Positions 10,053 to 23,000 of a stretch of DNA of 44,460 nucleotides are shown here, piece after piece (the stretch's first letter is position 1; each line of letters starts with the position of its first letter). Origin of the DNA: Toensbergia leucococca (lineage: Eukaryota); the NCBI GenBank assembly GCA_022813965.1, contig JALDZS010000190.1:1-44460 (forward strand). The letters run 5' to 3'. Under the pieces are notes generated by a model. It was not told the origin of the DNA, ran no database searches, and was given only the letters and a program-made list of their open reading frames with translations. A program made the translations under genes and the position numbers.

Positions 10053-11224
10053 ATGTTTTCAAGACACAAGATTTCGCTTCAGTCAAGACCAGAGGAAAAA
10101 GTTGACGGTCCTTGAGTTAACCCCCCTTCCCCCTGCAACTGCCATGAACGACGTCATCCACTAATCTTGACTCAGACTGAAATCCCGATCTCAAGCCTGC
10201 TGTTCTGCAAGACGACGTCTGGAACCTGGACACTCTAAATCAAGCTGACAACAAGACTGATGGCGTTATTGAGCGACCTTCCGAACAGAAACAGGCAGAC
10301 AAGTCATTCTCTTCTCCTGCAACATCGCAATTGACTTCACAACATTTTGCAACGCCTTCTCAATCCAAGCAGGACGGTGCTGTCAAGAATCCTTGCCCCA
10401 ATTCAAGGATTCGTCATCAACACTCCACAATAGTGAACGCGTTGATGAAACTGAGTTTCAACAAGGTCAAAGCCGACGATCTTCTTGAAGTAACTTTGCA
10501 ATGCCAGGGAAAGCTATACTCCGACATCATAGTAGAGTATATGAATGTTCAGTTCCGAATCCAGGTCATCGAATGGAAAGGATACGCTACTGAAAAGATC
10601 AACTGCGAGGCAGAAATTCAATCCGTCGTATCTAAAGCCTGCCTGGTCAATTTCCAACAACAGCTCATTTATCTCTATGAATGCGGTTCTCCTGATGCTG
10701 AGAAGAGCAAGACTTCTCTCGTCTTCTCAGTATGTACCGAAGAGGCTATATTGTATAGCTAAACACATAGCACGATCCTAAGGTACATATGCAGAAGCAG
10801 TATGATCCTTAAGAACGTCGCAAATAAAGATCAAATTGAACCGCTTATATTGTGAAGCCTCTGTCTATGCCGTCAGCTATGGACCTTGCAATGCATAAGG
10901 TTGTACAAGTTTCATGGCATACTGGGCTGTGAGGTACACTTCTCTATCTAAATTCGCCAAGGTCAACATGAGTTCCGTCATGAATGCATCGCACAGCTTG
11001 AACAGGGTACTTTGACTGCCTCACACAATGGATGGCTCTTCACAGGATGCCCTTGATACAGCACAATGATATACTGGCGAAATATGCTGCAATTCATCTC
11101 CCAAAGGAATCACGCCGCTTATAATGAGCTGTCTGCCTGCAGCAAGGTTGCAAGGGAAATGAGAACGTTGTCTGCTTGCAGATCTGTGAGAAAGGCGTAC
11201 GGCGTACCTGCAGGGGTCATCTAA
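10053..11224 (+). pseudogene. Degraded gene of unknown function
   Basis: The frame of ORF 10331-10762 stays protein-like upstream and downstream to 11224, broken by isolated TAA/TGA stops; no family recognised. Confidence 0.45.
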
Positions 11225-11976
11225 CTGCAGAGCACATGGCTTTGAAACCGTTCAGTCAAAATAGAACTCAATCATGTTGATGTGTGTTGAGAACGGCCTT
11301 GCCAGAACGCCCGAGGGGCATTTGCTGTCATAATCTGTTGAGCGGTTTCAGCGTGCTGCGAACCATACACCTGGGACTTGCTGATGCATGTCAAAATATC
11401 TACGCCACGAATCCAGGCTTGAGCTTGCGTCTTATAGCCGCACACCAGGGAGGGACAGAATCCATTGCCGGGCTTGACGGGACAATCCCCTGGTGTCAGC
11501 CGTACGGCACATAGGCGATATGCAAGGTTCAAATGTCTCCTCAACATGGAGTCAATATTCTGAAAAGAAGACGTCAATGCTAGGCGTTCTCATTCGAAAA
11601 AAGTTGCTTCATATTCACGTCAATTGCAAGACTTCTTCAGGAGTCATCAACGTTGCGCCCGGGCCTGACATGCGACTAGGCGCCACATCTCTCATCTCAA
11701 GGCCTCACCTTCAGCAGTGCAAGAAAAAGAAAAAGTGAGAATGTGGTGCGCACAAAGTTGATGTTGTACCATGCGACAACTGGTTAGTACTATGGTCCCC
11801 AAATGTCTATATAAGACCCTGAGGTTCGCTTTCAACTTCTATCATATCATCCTCACAAACCAGCTTGAAAACGAACATCAATTCAGATTAAAGCCTACTC
11901 AAATTTTCCCTTCACCTCTTCAACTTCTTCATATTATAAGAGTGACCTAGTGCTAGGCATCTACACTCACAATATC

Positions 11977-12549
11977 ATGAAGATGACACTCTGCTCCTTC
12001 ATGCTATCTCTCTTTGTGTTCACACTCAGCTTCCTTCATGTCAATTGTAAGTAATCAAAGATCAATGGCGCAGCTTGTGTGACTGATAGTAGCCAAGCTG
12101 CTGTTTTGCCCTAAGGTACTAGCTGCATTGAGGCCCCAATCACCTCGCTCGTCAGTGACGGCAACCCCCATTTTAATGGACTGCAAAAGCAGGTCTCAGA
12201 GCTCCTCAGCTGCGGCACCGAGGGCTGCCAAGTCACCCAGCTCACCTCATATACCATTGGTTGGTCAATCAGCATCGGCACCAAATTTGACTTCATCGAC
12301 ATAGGCGGCGATGTCGAGAAGAGCTGGACCACAGGAGACTCCTATACATGCAACGGCGGCCCGGGGGACACTATCTGCGTCTGGGTCAACCTCCAACACA
12401 CAGCCTACACGGTTTGGACTGACTGGTGCTATACTGACCCGAATCCGTACGTGGTGAAGGCCCCACACAAAGACAATTGGGGCGGCAAATACTATTGTGT
12501 GGTCGGCACCTGTCGGAACAATGGCGACGAGTACTGGAATGACAACTAA
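11977..12549 (+). CDS. Small secreted Cys-rich protein with aerolysin/ETX-MTX2-like beta pattern; possible premature stop
   Basis: Absent from the ORF track. Signal exon MKMTLCSFMLSLFVFTLSFLHVN, intron from 12047 (GTAAGT), then GTSC...DGNPH..QKQVSE..CG..GC...SYTIGWSISIGTKFDFIDIGGDVEKSWTTGDSYTC...ICVWVNLQHTAYTV...YYCVVGTCRNNGDEYW. TAA at 12112-12114 is in frame if the acceptor is 12097, and skipped if it is 12115. TATATAA lies at ~11808. Confidence 0.8.
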
Positions 12550-12882
12550 CTTTTGGCCTTAAATTACGTCAGCCGCAACACTCACCTGCCTCAAGCCCGG
12601 GTTTCTGACGTCCTGTGAGTCATTGAGTCTACCATATACAGAAAGGCTTGTGTTCAGATAAAGCTTGTGTTCAGATATCGCCGGTGGGGGGGTTCTATTT
12701 TGTCAGGTTTTCCTTCAAATCTCTGACTTCACATGAGCTGTTTAAGTTTATATGTCACAAATGTTCTGTTTGCTTGAAATTTTCAGTACTTTTTTGACCT
12801 TGTATGCAGGTGAATGGAAGGTGCTGTAGTCACGAAGAATACATTCATTTTGACGCTTGCTTCTCAAAAGCATCATATGGCT

Positions 12883-13710
12883 TCTTATATTCTGACAAGC
12901 CCATTTGATACGTTGACAAACCCCCCCCTGCCAAGTATCCGGGCGCAAAATACCATAGGAGTAAAGTTATTTGCCTAGGGAATCATCATGATTTCACATC
13001 TTGTTCCGACTCAACTTTGCATCTCATTTATCTTGTCTATTTATCTACCTATCTACCTTATCATCTTAATATCTAATTAGTTATCTTTCTTAATCACAAA
13101 GTCTTGCCTTTACTGAACAGAGTAAAAATGACTAAGATACACAGAGACAATAAGGTGATAAAGTTAAAGTGACAAGAGTATCATGTTATGTAAATAAATC
13201 ATGGGACTGCACCACATCTTACCTCGATTCCCTACCACTTTGCAAGCCAATTAAGTTGTTCCATTTGCGTGCCATCTAGAAGCCAAACTACCTAGGAGAT
13301 CAACCATGCTTTTGTACCACATCCTGACTTGATTCCCTCGCCCCCGGGCGCACGATCACCCCCGGGCGCAATTTATAGTACCTCCTTTCAAAATCATGAA
13401 ATACTCTGTTATTCACAGGCACGGTGACGTTCACATTCGCTCCTGCACCTCCTCATGAGGTGGAGGTAGATCAAAATCCATGGTATTGCGCCCGAGGTGG
13501 CAAAGTAAGTGGAAACGTCATACAATATCAGGATGATTCCCTACTGCAGTGGAGGTGATAGATGGCACGCAAATAGAACAAGTAAATAGTTTGCAGATGT
13601 GGTGGGGAATCGAGGTCAGATGTGGTGCAGAATGATAAGATTTCCCTCGGTGATATTGCGCCCGAGGGGGGGGGGTGTCCTTGTATCAAAAGGGGGTGTC
13701 CTGGTATCAA
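12883..13710. mobile_element. Degenerate foldback-like element with nested modular inverted repeats
   Basis: 13207-13278 and 13559-13630 form a ~72-bp inverted pair; 12976-13025 pairs with ~13495-13542. CGGGCGCA occurs forward at ~12940, 13345, 13363 and reversed at ~13487, 13657. The outer tttgatac..gaca..C-run motif is mirrored at 13665-13710. Confidence 0.7.
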
Positions 13711-13826
13711 TTCCCTAAAAAGACACAACATCTCAAATTCACCAGAGTTTTGCATACACCAACAGTCGCTTCATCAACCAAGACACAAACCCCTCAAAAG
13801 AACGCCCCCACCAATCTCCCTCACCA

Positions 13827-16800
13827 TCACCCCACCTTCCCACCAAGCAACTTCCTCGCCTCCGCCAACAAATCCGTCGTTCGCCTCAACCCAAAATTAA
13901 ACAGCTTATCGCACGGCCACTGCGTCTCGCGATCCCACTTCCCAATCTGCTTATTCCTCCCCGCCCACCTCTCCACCATCGCCAGAATGCTCCGCCCATT
14001 GCACCTAAAATACGCCTCCAAAACATCCTTCCAAACCCCATTGCGCCTCTCCTCTATCTGGAGCCAGTCAAGGATCGCGAAGCGCAGGGTCCAAGCTTGA
14101 ACGTGGTCGACGTAGTCCTTTGATGCGCCGCCGGTGTGGCGGTTTAGCGGGGAGGGGCCAAGGTTCTTGCTGGCGGGATTTTTGCAGAAGATGAAGGCTT
14201 GGATGCTGATGAGGATGGACATTATGGTTGATTTGTTGGGCTGCCAGGCTTCTGGGGGATTGCCGGACATGGTAGTGAGGAGGCTGAGACATACTGGGGT
14301 TTTGGTCAGCTTGTGGATGGTTATTCAGCATGTGGGTGCAGGGGGAGACGAACTTCCACCGTCGTTGTAGAGGTGAGGGGAGAATTCAACTTTCCTGTTT
14401 CCGGTTGTACGGAACGAAATTGCCGGGGGTGTCAGTGGGTACAGGGAAGTGCACCATATGTCAAATCTGTTGACTTGTTAGCACTTGTGTACGCAAGGAG
14501 TGAACGATCATCGCATACTCAAAAAGTCCTCCTTGATAGGGAGTGTCATCCGGCCCGATAATGAGAGCCTTCATCAGGTCTTGTCGCACGTCATCCACCC
14601 TCACGAATATATTCGGGGGTAGTGAGGTACCCATATCCGCGATCTCAGCCAACAGATGCTTCATCCGGCTTTTGGGGAAACTGCCCGCGGAGGCATATAG
14701 GCTATGGAATATATCGGAATTGATTTGGTCCGCCACGCCTTCTTGTCTTAAAACGCAGTTGGCCAGGTTGAATTCCTGCCATGTGCTCGCGCCGTGGTGG
14801 AGACCAGATTGACGCTGTGCTTTGTCGGCACGTTGTTCAATCAATAGCTGGGGATTCGCAGTTTTCTGAACTTGTTCGCGCATCTTGGGAGTCTTGCCAG
14901 GCGTCTTAGGGCTTTCCACTCGCAGTTCGGGGCCCTGTTGTCCATATCCGGAGCCTCCACCACATGTCTTCAAGCTCGAGCTTGGGCAGGACTCCTGCAG
15001 TTCCTTCAATAGATTCTTCCCATTTTTCACAAACCCAAAGATACTGTAACCGGTTGGGTCAAGATCCCCACACCATCCCTGAATTTGTTTATTTGTCCTC
15101 GCCCATTTTTGCGCTGTCGCGACAACCTTAGCCCCGTTCATCCTGAAGTACGTCGACCCAACATCCTTCCAGATCCCATGGCGCATTTCCGACTTTTGTA
15201 ACCAGTCGAGCATGGCAAAGCGGATAGTGTAGACTTGGAGATTTGAGTGGTAATTCTTGGCAGCGGTTTTAGCTAGCACGGTTTTTGCGTGGCGGCCGGG
15301 CTCATTCTCCCATGGATTATCGCACAGAATTAGTGCCTGGATGCTGATCAGAACGGAAAGGATGGTGGATTTCCCAGGTTGCCACTGTTGGGCTGGCGTC
15401 CCGGGCCAGGTACCTAGAAGGCTGAGACACAATATGAACATTCATTAGTGGTTGATACCGCAAGGTCAAGAATGAAGGCTCAAACCTTTGCCGGTTGGGT
15501 ATAGATTAGGGTTGAAGGAAACCCTCCCGCCTCCGGTGGTGCAGAAATAGCATTTTGGGGGCTTGGTCGGGTATTTCGGGCCGCAGGAAATGTCAAACCT
15601 AGAAGACGGTGAGCATGACTCTTGTCTGAGGGTGGCTATCACGTACTCGAAAAGGCCACATTCATAAGGAGTGCCTTCGGCGCCGACAATGAGACACTTC
15701 ATCACATCTGGTCGAACATCGTCTACCTTGACAAATATATTGGGAGGCAACGACGTGGACATCTCCGAGGCTTCAGTAACTAGCCGTTTAATACGATTTT
15801 TGGGCGATTGAAAGTTGTATGCTCGCAAGGCTGGATCAACTCTATCGATTACGTTTGGCTCTCGGGAGATGCAGTGTTTCTTATTATACTCCGCCCAGGA
15901 GTCTGTCCTCTTGGCTGAGTCTCCACGATTCAATCGCCCTCGAGCATCGGTGGAAATCGCCGAATGAACATCGACGACACGTTTCACTAGCTCAAGCATA
16001 ACTTGTCCTGAGTCGCCGCTAAATTCATGAATTGAATCTTGGGAGTCCCGGAGAAGGTTTTTGCTCTGGACTGCTAAATTGTCCATGCAAGTGGCGAGAG
16101 AAGATCCCATGCCTTCTTTTCCCATTCCCAGGGTTAGAAGCGGTTCGTTCGTGCCTTTTTGCTTGCCTTTGGTCTCTTGACTCGCCGACAGGCTTTGTAG
16201 GCCAGCACTTCGCTGTTTAATATATCTCTTCTCTCGGACCAGGTGTGAGATATCGGGATGCTTTCCAAGTCTTTCAATAAAGTCCAATAGCGCAAAGTAA
16301 AGCCAGCTTTGCTTAGCCATGTCCTGGAGAGAATCATTGCGCAGTAGTTCCGCCGCCCGATCTTGCAGCAGGCTCAACTCGATCATGGCTCCCAAGCTTG
16401 GGGGACAGGCCTTTTTCTTATCTTTTGGATGTGGTAGTAGTACACTAACGAGACCGAGAATGGTTCCAGTAAGTTTGTCCGACTCCTCATCTGCCCGGCT
16501 AAAGTCAAGAGTCTGAGACGGAATGTTCCAGCCAGCTTCAGAATTGGGGCTCTTTGAATTCATGTTCCCAAATCTGTTGGTCTTCCACGATCGATACGAG
16601 TACTCGTTGCCATATCCAGCTCCTTTCGTTGCAAAGTACCTTAGATTTTGTCCATTGTTGGTGGTGGTTTTCGCTGACCTCTTTGACTGCAGGTTTAATT
16701 CCAGCACATCATACTTGGACAAGAGAACCCATGTTGCGAACAATCGACCTTCTTGACAGCACCAGTCTACAACGAGGTCATCAAATTCTGCTAAGAATTT

Positions 16801-17259
16801 TCCTACTCGTGGTTTGTGGCCGCAGCCAATGCAAGTCAAGGCGCCACACTTCTCTCTAGTACAGAACGTTGCGCAAATTGAGGAGGGTTCTTTCTGATTT
16901 TGGGCAGCTTGCCAATTGTGCAACCACGTGTCGACACTGAAGTCGGCCATAAGGGGAGTATCGCATTTGTGGCAGGTTGTTTCTAGAATCTCACTAGCAA
17001 AGCTCTGTACTTCATCCAAGGCATCTTGGATATCTTGAGGAAAACGAGAGTCACCTCCAGAAATATTGCTCTTGGATCTTGCTTGTGTTTTGATGCTCTT
17101 ACTCAGGCTCACGGTTGGTTCTACTTCGCCTCTCTTGTTGAGATCCTCCTGGAGGCGTGCCGCAACCTCGTAGTCATAGTCCCTCGGTGGAGGCTTCAAG
17201 CGTCCAGAAGATGAGCTGCCGACATCGCCATCATACGCAGTCCACTTGTTGGGACCCAT
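13827..17259 (-). CDS. Large ubiquitin-conjugating (E2) protein with two tandem BIRC6/UBE2Z-like UBC domains, ~1072 aa, 5 exons
   Basis: UBC1: [37 protein letters not shown]...FNPNLYPTGKVCLSLLGTW. UBC2: [37 protein letters not shown]...FSPHLYNDGGICLSLLTTM. Introns 15646-15599, 15485-15432, 14518-14467 and 14353-14294 give one frame; the second intron ends in AT rather than AG. Confidence 0.88.
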
Positions 17260-18286
17260 GGTTGATATCCCGCACAAGGTGCTCTTGCAAACGGCTAAAA
17301 GGGCTCTTCAGCGAAAGGACGCTGGTCTTGGTCAAGGGATCGGTGTTTTCGCTCCGCAGGTTCCTTAGGCAATATTTGATGTAGGTAGGAAAGCCCATTG
17401 CGACATTTTAAAGTGGTACGTGTTGTCACTTTGTGGATGAGCAACAGATTCCCACCATGTGAAGAGTCGCACATTACTGGTAGACAAGACATTCACAGGT
17501 GATAAGCCCAGTAATGACTGAGTGTTCGATGCGATTAGTAGTAGCGGTGACAATGATAGGCGATTCATATCGTGAAAGGAGTTTGCGATAGAGAGTTCAT
17601 CTGTGAATGAGATCGACAGTTGCCCCGACCAAGATAAGGAGTTACAACTAATTAGCCGGCTACAGCTTTGGCTTCGTTAACGGGATGGTGATACGATAGA
17701 AGTCTCTGGCTGCGGCATCTTTTTCAGCAAGAAGACGCGAACAAGAATGAGTTTGGGAAGCTGCAATGGCATACTCTTGGGACTACCAAATAGATATAGA
17801 AGGCTAGTTTCCAATCAACCGTAGCAGCTGTCGTGTCAGCATTGCAAACCTATGATGACCAAGCCCCAAGATTGACTCCAGGATCTAGGCATACTCTGAT
17901 ATCTCAGCGCAATGAGGCATTGGAAAGAGTCCAAATTCCAGTGTTTCAACCCTTGTCCATGTCGTTGCCTTCGAATCTCATTGCTGTAAAGTGCCTTATT
18001 CATTCATTCATTTCCTTCCTCTGTGTCATTAAGTTGTAGTCATCGTCATCATCGTCGTAATCGTCCAGAGTAAATCAGAAGATAATCTCCATCAAATCTG
18101 CCACGGCGCCTTTAGCCCGATCACCAAAGAAGACGTCCCGCCTATTGGGCCTGTCCTCTATAAGTTGGCCTCTCCATCCTCCTTCTTTGTGCAAGCTTTC
18201 ATTCAGAGCGACGGCTCGAAGATTCTCTGCTGAATATGTTTCGGCGATCCCAGTCAAGGCTCCATGAATACCTGAATTCACCATTC

Positions 18287-19180
18287 TCATTTCCAGTTCT
18301 CCAAAGTCAACTTCTCCTGATCCCCTTCCAATTCGAGCCATGGGTATCCTGCGCCTAATTCCTGAGCATTGTATTTGCGAGTCGCCAACTCCGCAAGGGC
18401 GGTACAATTCTCCAGCTCGGGTATCGCTCGCTCTGGGTGCTCCAGCTCCACCAAAGCGCTTTGTCCTTCTTTCCCAGTATCCTCCAGTTCCGGCTTCCTC
18501 CAGGGTGTGGCCTCCGTCTTAGCTCGTTGGTGGCGGTGATGGAATACGATGGAAGAGTAGACTAGGGACGCCAAGACAGATATGCTGTAAAACGGTAAAT
18601 ATTGTCCTGGTGGATTGCTCTAGTGAGTTTTAGGAGGGTTCTAAGAAACGGCATCATACAGCATGATAGTAAACTCAATGAACCATTCGATCTCCCATCC
18701 GAACTCTCTACCCTCTTCTACCTATATCTATCAGTGTTCTCGGACTGATTCCAATCCCTTGATACAAAACTCACAAGGTAGAAAATACTCAAGGCTACTG
18801 CTACAGTCCAGGAAATGGTCTTTATGAGCTGAAAGATAAAGTACACTGTGGGTAAGAGCTTATGCTTTGTTAAAAGGATCGGTTCTGTGATATTTAGAAT
18901 AATTGAGATAGAACTCAGAAGGATTATGATAGGTGGCATCAATGCAATAATAGAACTCTTGTTTTTGACTGTCAGTGAATCACAGAATACAAAGATGAGA
19001 TATATGCATTGGCCCTGCGGATCTTACGCTTAGAAAAGTCCATCCAGAGTCAATATCGGCAAACCGAAGTTGGGAGCCTTGAAGTACAAGGATGATAAGA
19101 AGGATAATGTCTTGAACGAGCCAGAATGTAACTAGAATTCCTTTTGACCAACGAGTTACTTGAGAGGTTGAGTCTGCCAT
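18287..19180 (-). pseudogene. Multi-pass membrane protein (MARVEL-like layout), apparently frameshifted
   Basis: Three exons with about 4 hydrophobic segments and a tail with EL-type repeats. Exon 2 stops at 18718, while another frame continues (VEEGREFGWEIEWFIEFTIML) to a GTATGA donor. Confidence 0.55.
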
Positions 19181-20065
19181 ATTTGCCAAAGTTTAGTTTA
19201 AAGGCCTCGTGAGAACATCCATTCACGTCTTTGATATATTCAATTTGAATATAGCAGATCCAATCAAAGAATCTGTCATATGGATACACAGCCACGCACG
19301 TTCATGCCCACGGCGAACTCACGGGCCGTCAATTCGCTATGATATATGCGTTTGAAGGCGAAGCGCTTCAGGCGCTAGCTCGAAGGCCTGAAACAGAGAG
19401 GCATCACTACCACCCTGACCACAGAAATGTCCTTTCCGCAGTATAACAGGTGAAGGCCTGCGCGCGTGGCTCAGCTGGCGCATCAGCCGACCCTCTCAGC
19501 CAGTCGCTTGGTAAATGCGCTGGGATTAAATATCTCACCCCCACAGGTAGCCCTGAGCTTTGAGTCCATCAGCACACTGTCTCATAGCCAACCACTCGTC
19601 ATCCGCCAGTGCGCCCACCCTTCTACCGTTCGCCCAAATTCTCGACACTGCTCTTAGCCTAGATCATGACTGTGCTGAACAGAACTGGTTTCCTGTAGAA
19701 CATGATATTTTGTCCCAATACTGAAGGACGGAGTCGAAAGGCCCCACATACAGAACAAGCCCTCTTTTATTATTAGGCGAGGATCAATGTTCGTTGGTTC
19801 CGTCGGAGATGGCTATCGCGTGAAATCCGCCTTGAAGGCTTTTCGGAGGAGTATGTACAGTTGCAGAGGGCCTACCAAGGGAGATTAGTCTTTGGATTCA
19901 GCAATTGGCTTCAATATCTGTCACATACCCGAGGTTAATGTGCTCGCTACGAGTGACCATCCTCAATCTCTAACAGTACGTAGTCGTCAGATCCAGATAC
20001 AGAAGAATGGGCCTTAATATCCAAAAAGCTCCATTGATGTATATTCTGCGAAAAGTGGCAGGAAC

Positions 20066-23000
20066 TCAGCCCAGAATCAGTATCACAAAATGAATACAAA
20101 ACACAGCGAGCACTGCCACCATAGCGAACGTTCTATTGACCGATGCGCCTCCCGTAAAAGGTACTACAGTAGCAGAAGTGCTGCTACGAGAATTACTGCC
20201 AGAGGCATCTATCGGAATGGTACTAGACCCGATCACTATACCCGATGGACCAAGAGACACTGGTGTTCCAAGAATGGTAATACCAGGTCCACCTTCCAAT
20301 ATAGTCGTACCAGCTATTGATAAAGCCGTCGGATTGACACTGACGCCAAGGACTTCGCCACCAATGGTAATTGAGGAGATCGTTATTGAAGAGATAGGGG
20401 CCATTGCTATAGTAGTTGAGCCAACGACAAGTCCTGAAGGTCCAAGAGAAACAGGAGTCCCGGAAAGAGTGATACCTGGCCCACCTTGGGATAAGGTGGT
20501 CCCGTCGATGGAGAAAGCAGTGGGATTAGGACTTAGAGTCTCACCGCCAATAACGATCGAGGAAGGTACGGCAGTCATTGGTACAGTGCTTGAGCCTACA
20601 ACCAGCCCTGAAGGTCCGAGAGAGACAGGGTTCCCTGAAAGGGTAATACCTGGCCCGCCTTGAGACAAAGTAGTCCCGTCAATGGAGAAAGCGGTGGGGT
20701 TAGGACTCAGGGTTTCGCCACCGATAACAATAGATGCAGCCGGGTTCAGGGAGGCGGCGATCATTGGTATAGTGCTTGAGCCCACTACCAATCCCGAGGG
20801 GCCAAGTGATACAGGAGTACCAGAGACTGTGACGCCAGGCCCTCCCAGCATCAATGTTGTACCTGCGATTGATACAGATGTGGGATTGGCGCTAATAGTC
20901 TGCCCAACAATGACAACAGGAGAAGCCGTGGCAGGGATGGAAGGAATCGCTATGGTACTTGCACCCACGACAAGTCCAGAAGCGCCAAGTGATACTGGAG
21001 TTCCCGACACAGTGACTCCAGGGCCCCCAGGTGTAAGTGTTGCACCAGCTATTACGACTGCAGCGGGATTGACACTCAAAGTTTGGCCAGCAACGACAAT
21101 GGTAGATGCTGCTACGGCAGAAGCAGCGCTTATTGGTACTGTACTTGAACCGATTATCAAAGCCGAAGTCCCGAGAGATACAGCTGTACCCGCGACGATT
21201 ACTCCCGGTCCGCCCAGGGACAGTGTTGTACCGGCGATTACGAATGCGGTAGGATTGACACTGAATGTTTCTCCACCGACAATTGCGTTGGAGGCTGATC
21301 CGGGAGCAGCTGGTCCGAGAGGAATTGCACTCGATCCAACAATGAGGCTTGAGGCTGCAAGTGATACTGGCGTACCAGAGATGGCCACTCCTGCTCCACC
21401 GTTGTATATCGTTGTGCCAGCGATGGAGATAGCGGTCGGGTCCAGTGATATAGTCTGACCACCAACAATGACGGTAGGCGATGGGTCTTGACTAGGATCT
21501 TGACTAGGATCTTGAGATCCTGCTATGATGGTTTCAGACTGTACATCCGTTTGTCCGTTTGATATTTTCGTCACATCAACGAACACGGTAGGCGAAGAAG
21601 GAAGAGGTGCATTTTCTCCTGCTTGTGAGCTAGCACTACTTCCTGCACCGTTGAAGCCGCCCATGATGATGGCCCCCATGCTTTGACTGGTTTGAGGATC
21701 GTAATTTTGCGAAGCTTGAATTTGAGAGGGTGATTGAGAGCTTGGTAGCAGAGGAGCCGAAGCAGGAGGGGCACTGCCTACAGCGGAGGGGTCGTACGCT
21801 GCGGAAGACGAGGCCACTGGAGGATTCGAATTTGGTGCAACACTCGGGTCTATACTAGGGCTAGGCACACCTGGATCCAATGATGCGCTCTTGCCAGCAC
21901 CAGCCGAAGGTTGCGAAGGATCATAAGGCACCGTGGAAGCTTTAGTCGGATCTTCCAAGGATACGCTGCCAACGGGAGCTGCTGTTTGGGTGGGTATGGT
22001 TGCAACACCTGGATCTGCTGGAATAGCCGAGGAAGTCGGTACGGATGATAATTGTTGAGCTGTAACTGCATCAACCAATACCGCCACAGGGGACAAGGCT
22101 TTCGGTGGATCGTATACGCCATACTGTAGAACCAGTTCACCTTCAGCCTGAAAGAAGGAGCATGCAGTTCGCCATACGGGATCAAGATTGAGGAGTTCTT
22201 GGGGTGGTGAAACAATAGGATTATAAGGGGGGCCAACGGTTTGAATATCGGTTTGAACAAATGATGAGCCATCTTCGTAAATAGTTGTATCAAAAGGATT
22301 ACTTAACCCCCACGTTGGACAAGCTCCGAAGTCGTAACTACTCGTACCAACGCCATCATAGTAAGTCGACCATACGGCAAAAGACAAAGTAGACAAGCCA
22401 CCAGAAGGAATGGCTAGTGTCAGGTCTGTGTAGGCGTTGCCAAGGATCCCGCAGTAATCCATGACACTGACACCACCAGGAAAAGCCAGATAGATTGACG
22501 GAAACGTGCTATGATAAGTGGTGAGCGTTCTGCCGTTGCGGGTATGGAGACATCAACTTACAGTGTAGAACCATCAACAACTGCATAGCTCGACGCAGAT
22601 CCCTCGGCACGCTTACCTATGTACCCTGACAAGCTCGTAGGGTTAGCTGTCGGCTCATTCATGGTAATGCTTACATTAGTACATCCAGTAGCGGCTGGCG
22701 TTGTTGACCAATACAAAACACTGACCGACGGAGCGAAGAGTCTACAGGGTCCGCAACAGGTATAGACCTCGCCGGTACCTCCTAACAATCTTACTACTTC
22801 ATCGTTGTTCGGAACCGCATGACCCAGCTGCGAAGCATTATTTTTGAGGATTTCGGCATAAGATGTACACTGTGGGCTTCGTTCAAAGCTGAACAAAGGT
22901 GCTGCCTCGGCGGATTCCGACGCAGAAATCGACGACTGGTACGCCGAGCACGGAGTGGTGACGAGTGCCGTCACATTGGAAGGACTGGTTGAAGTATACA

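Noticed and set aside
17230..17398. 54-codon ORF overlapping the E2 start (alternative first exon or uORF)
   Set aside because: Out of frame with the main ORF and no clear splice sites; cannot be supported without transcripts.
20136..21458. Long plus-strand ORFs of 175 and 258 aa
   Set aside because: Antisense shadows of the repetitive surface-protein gene.
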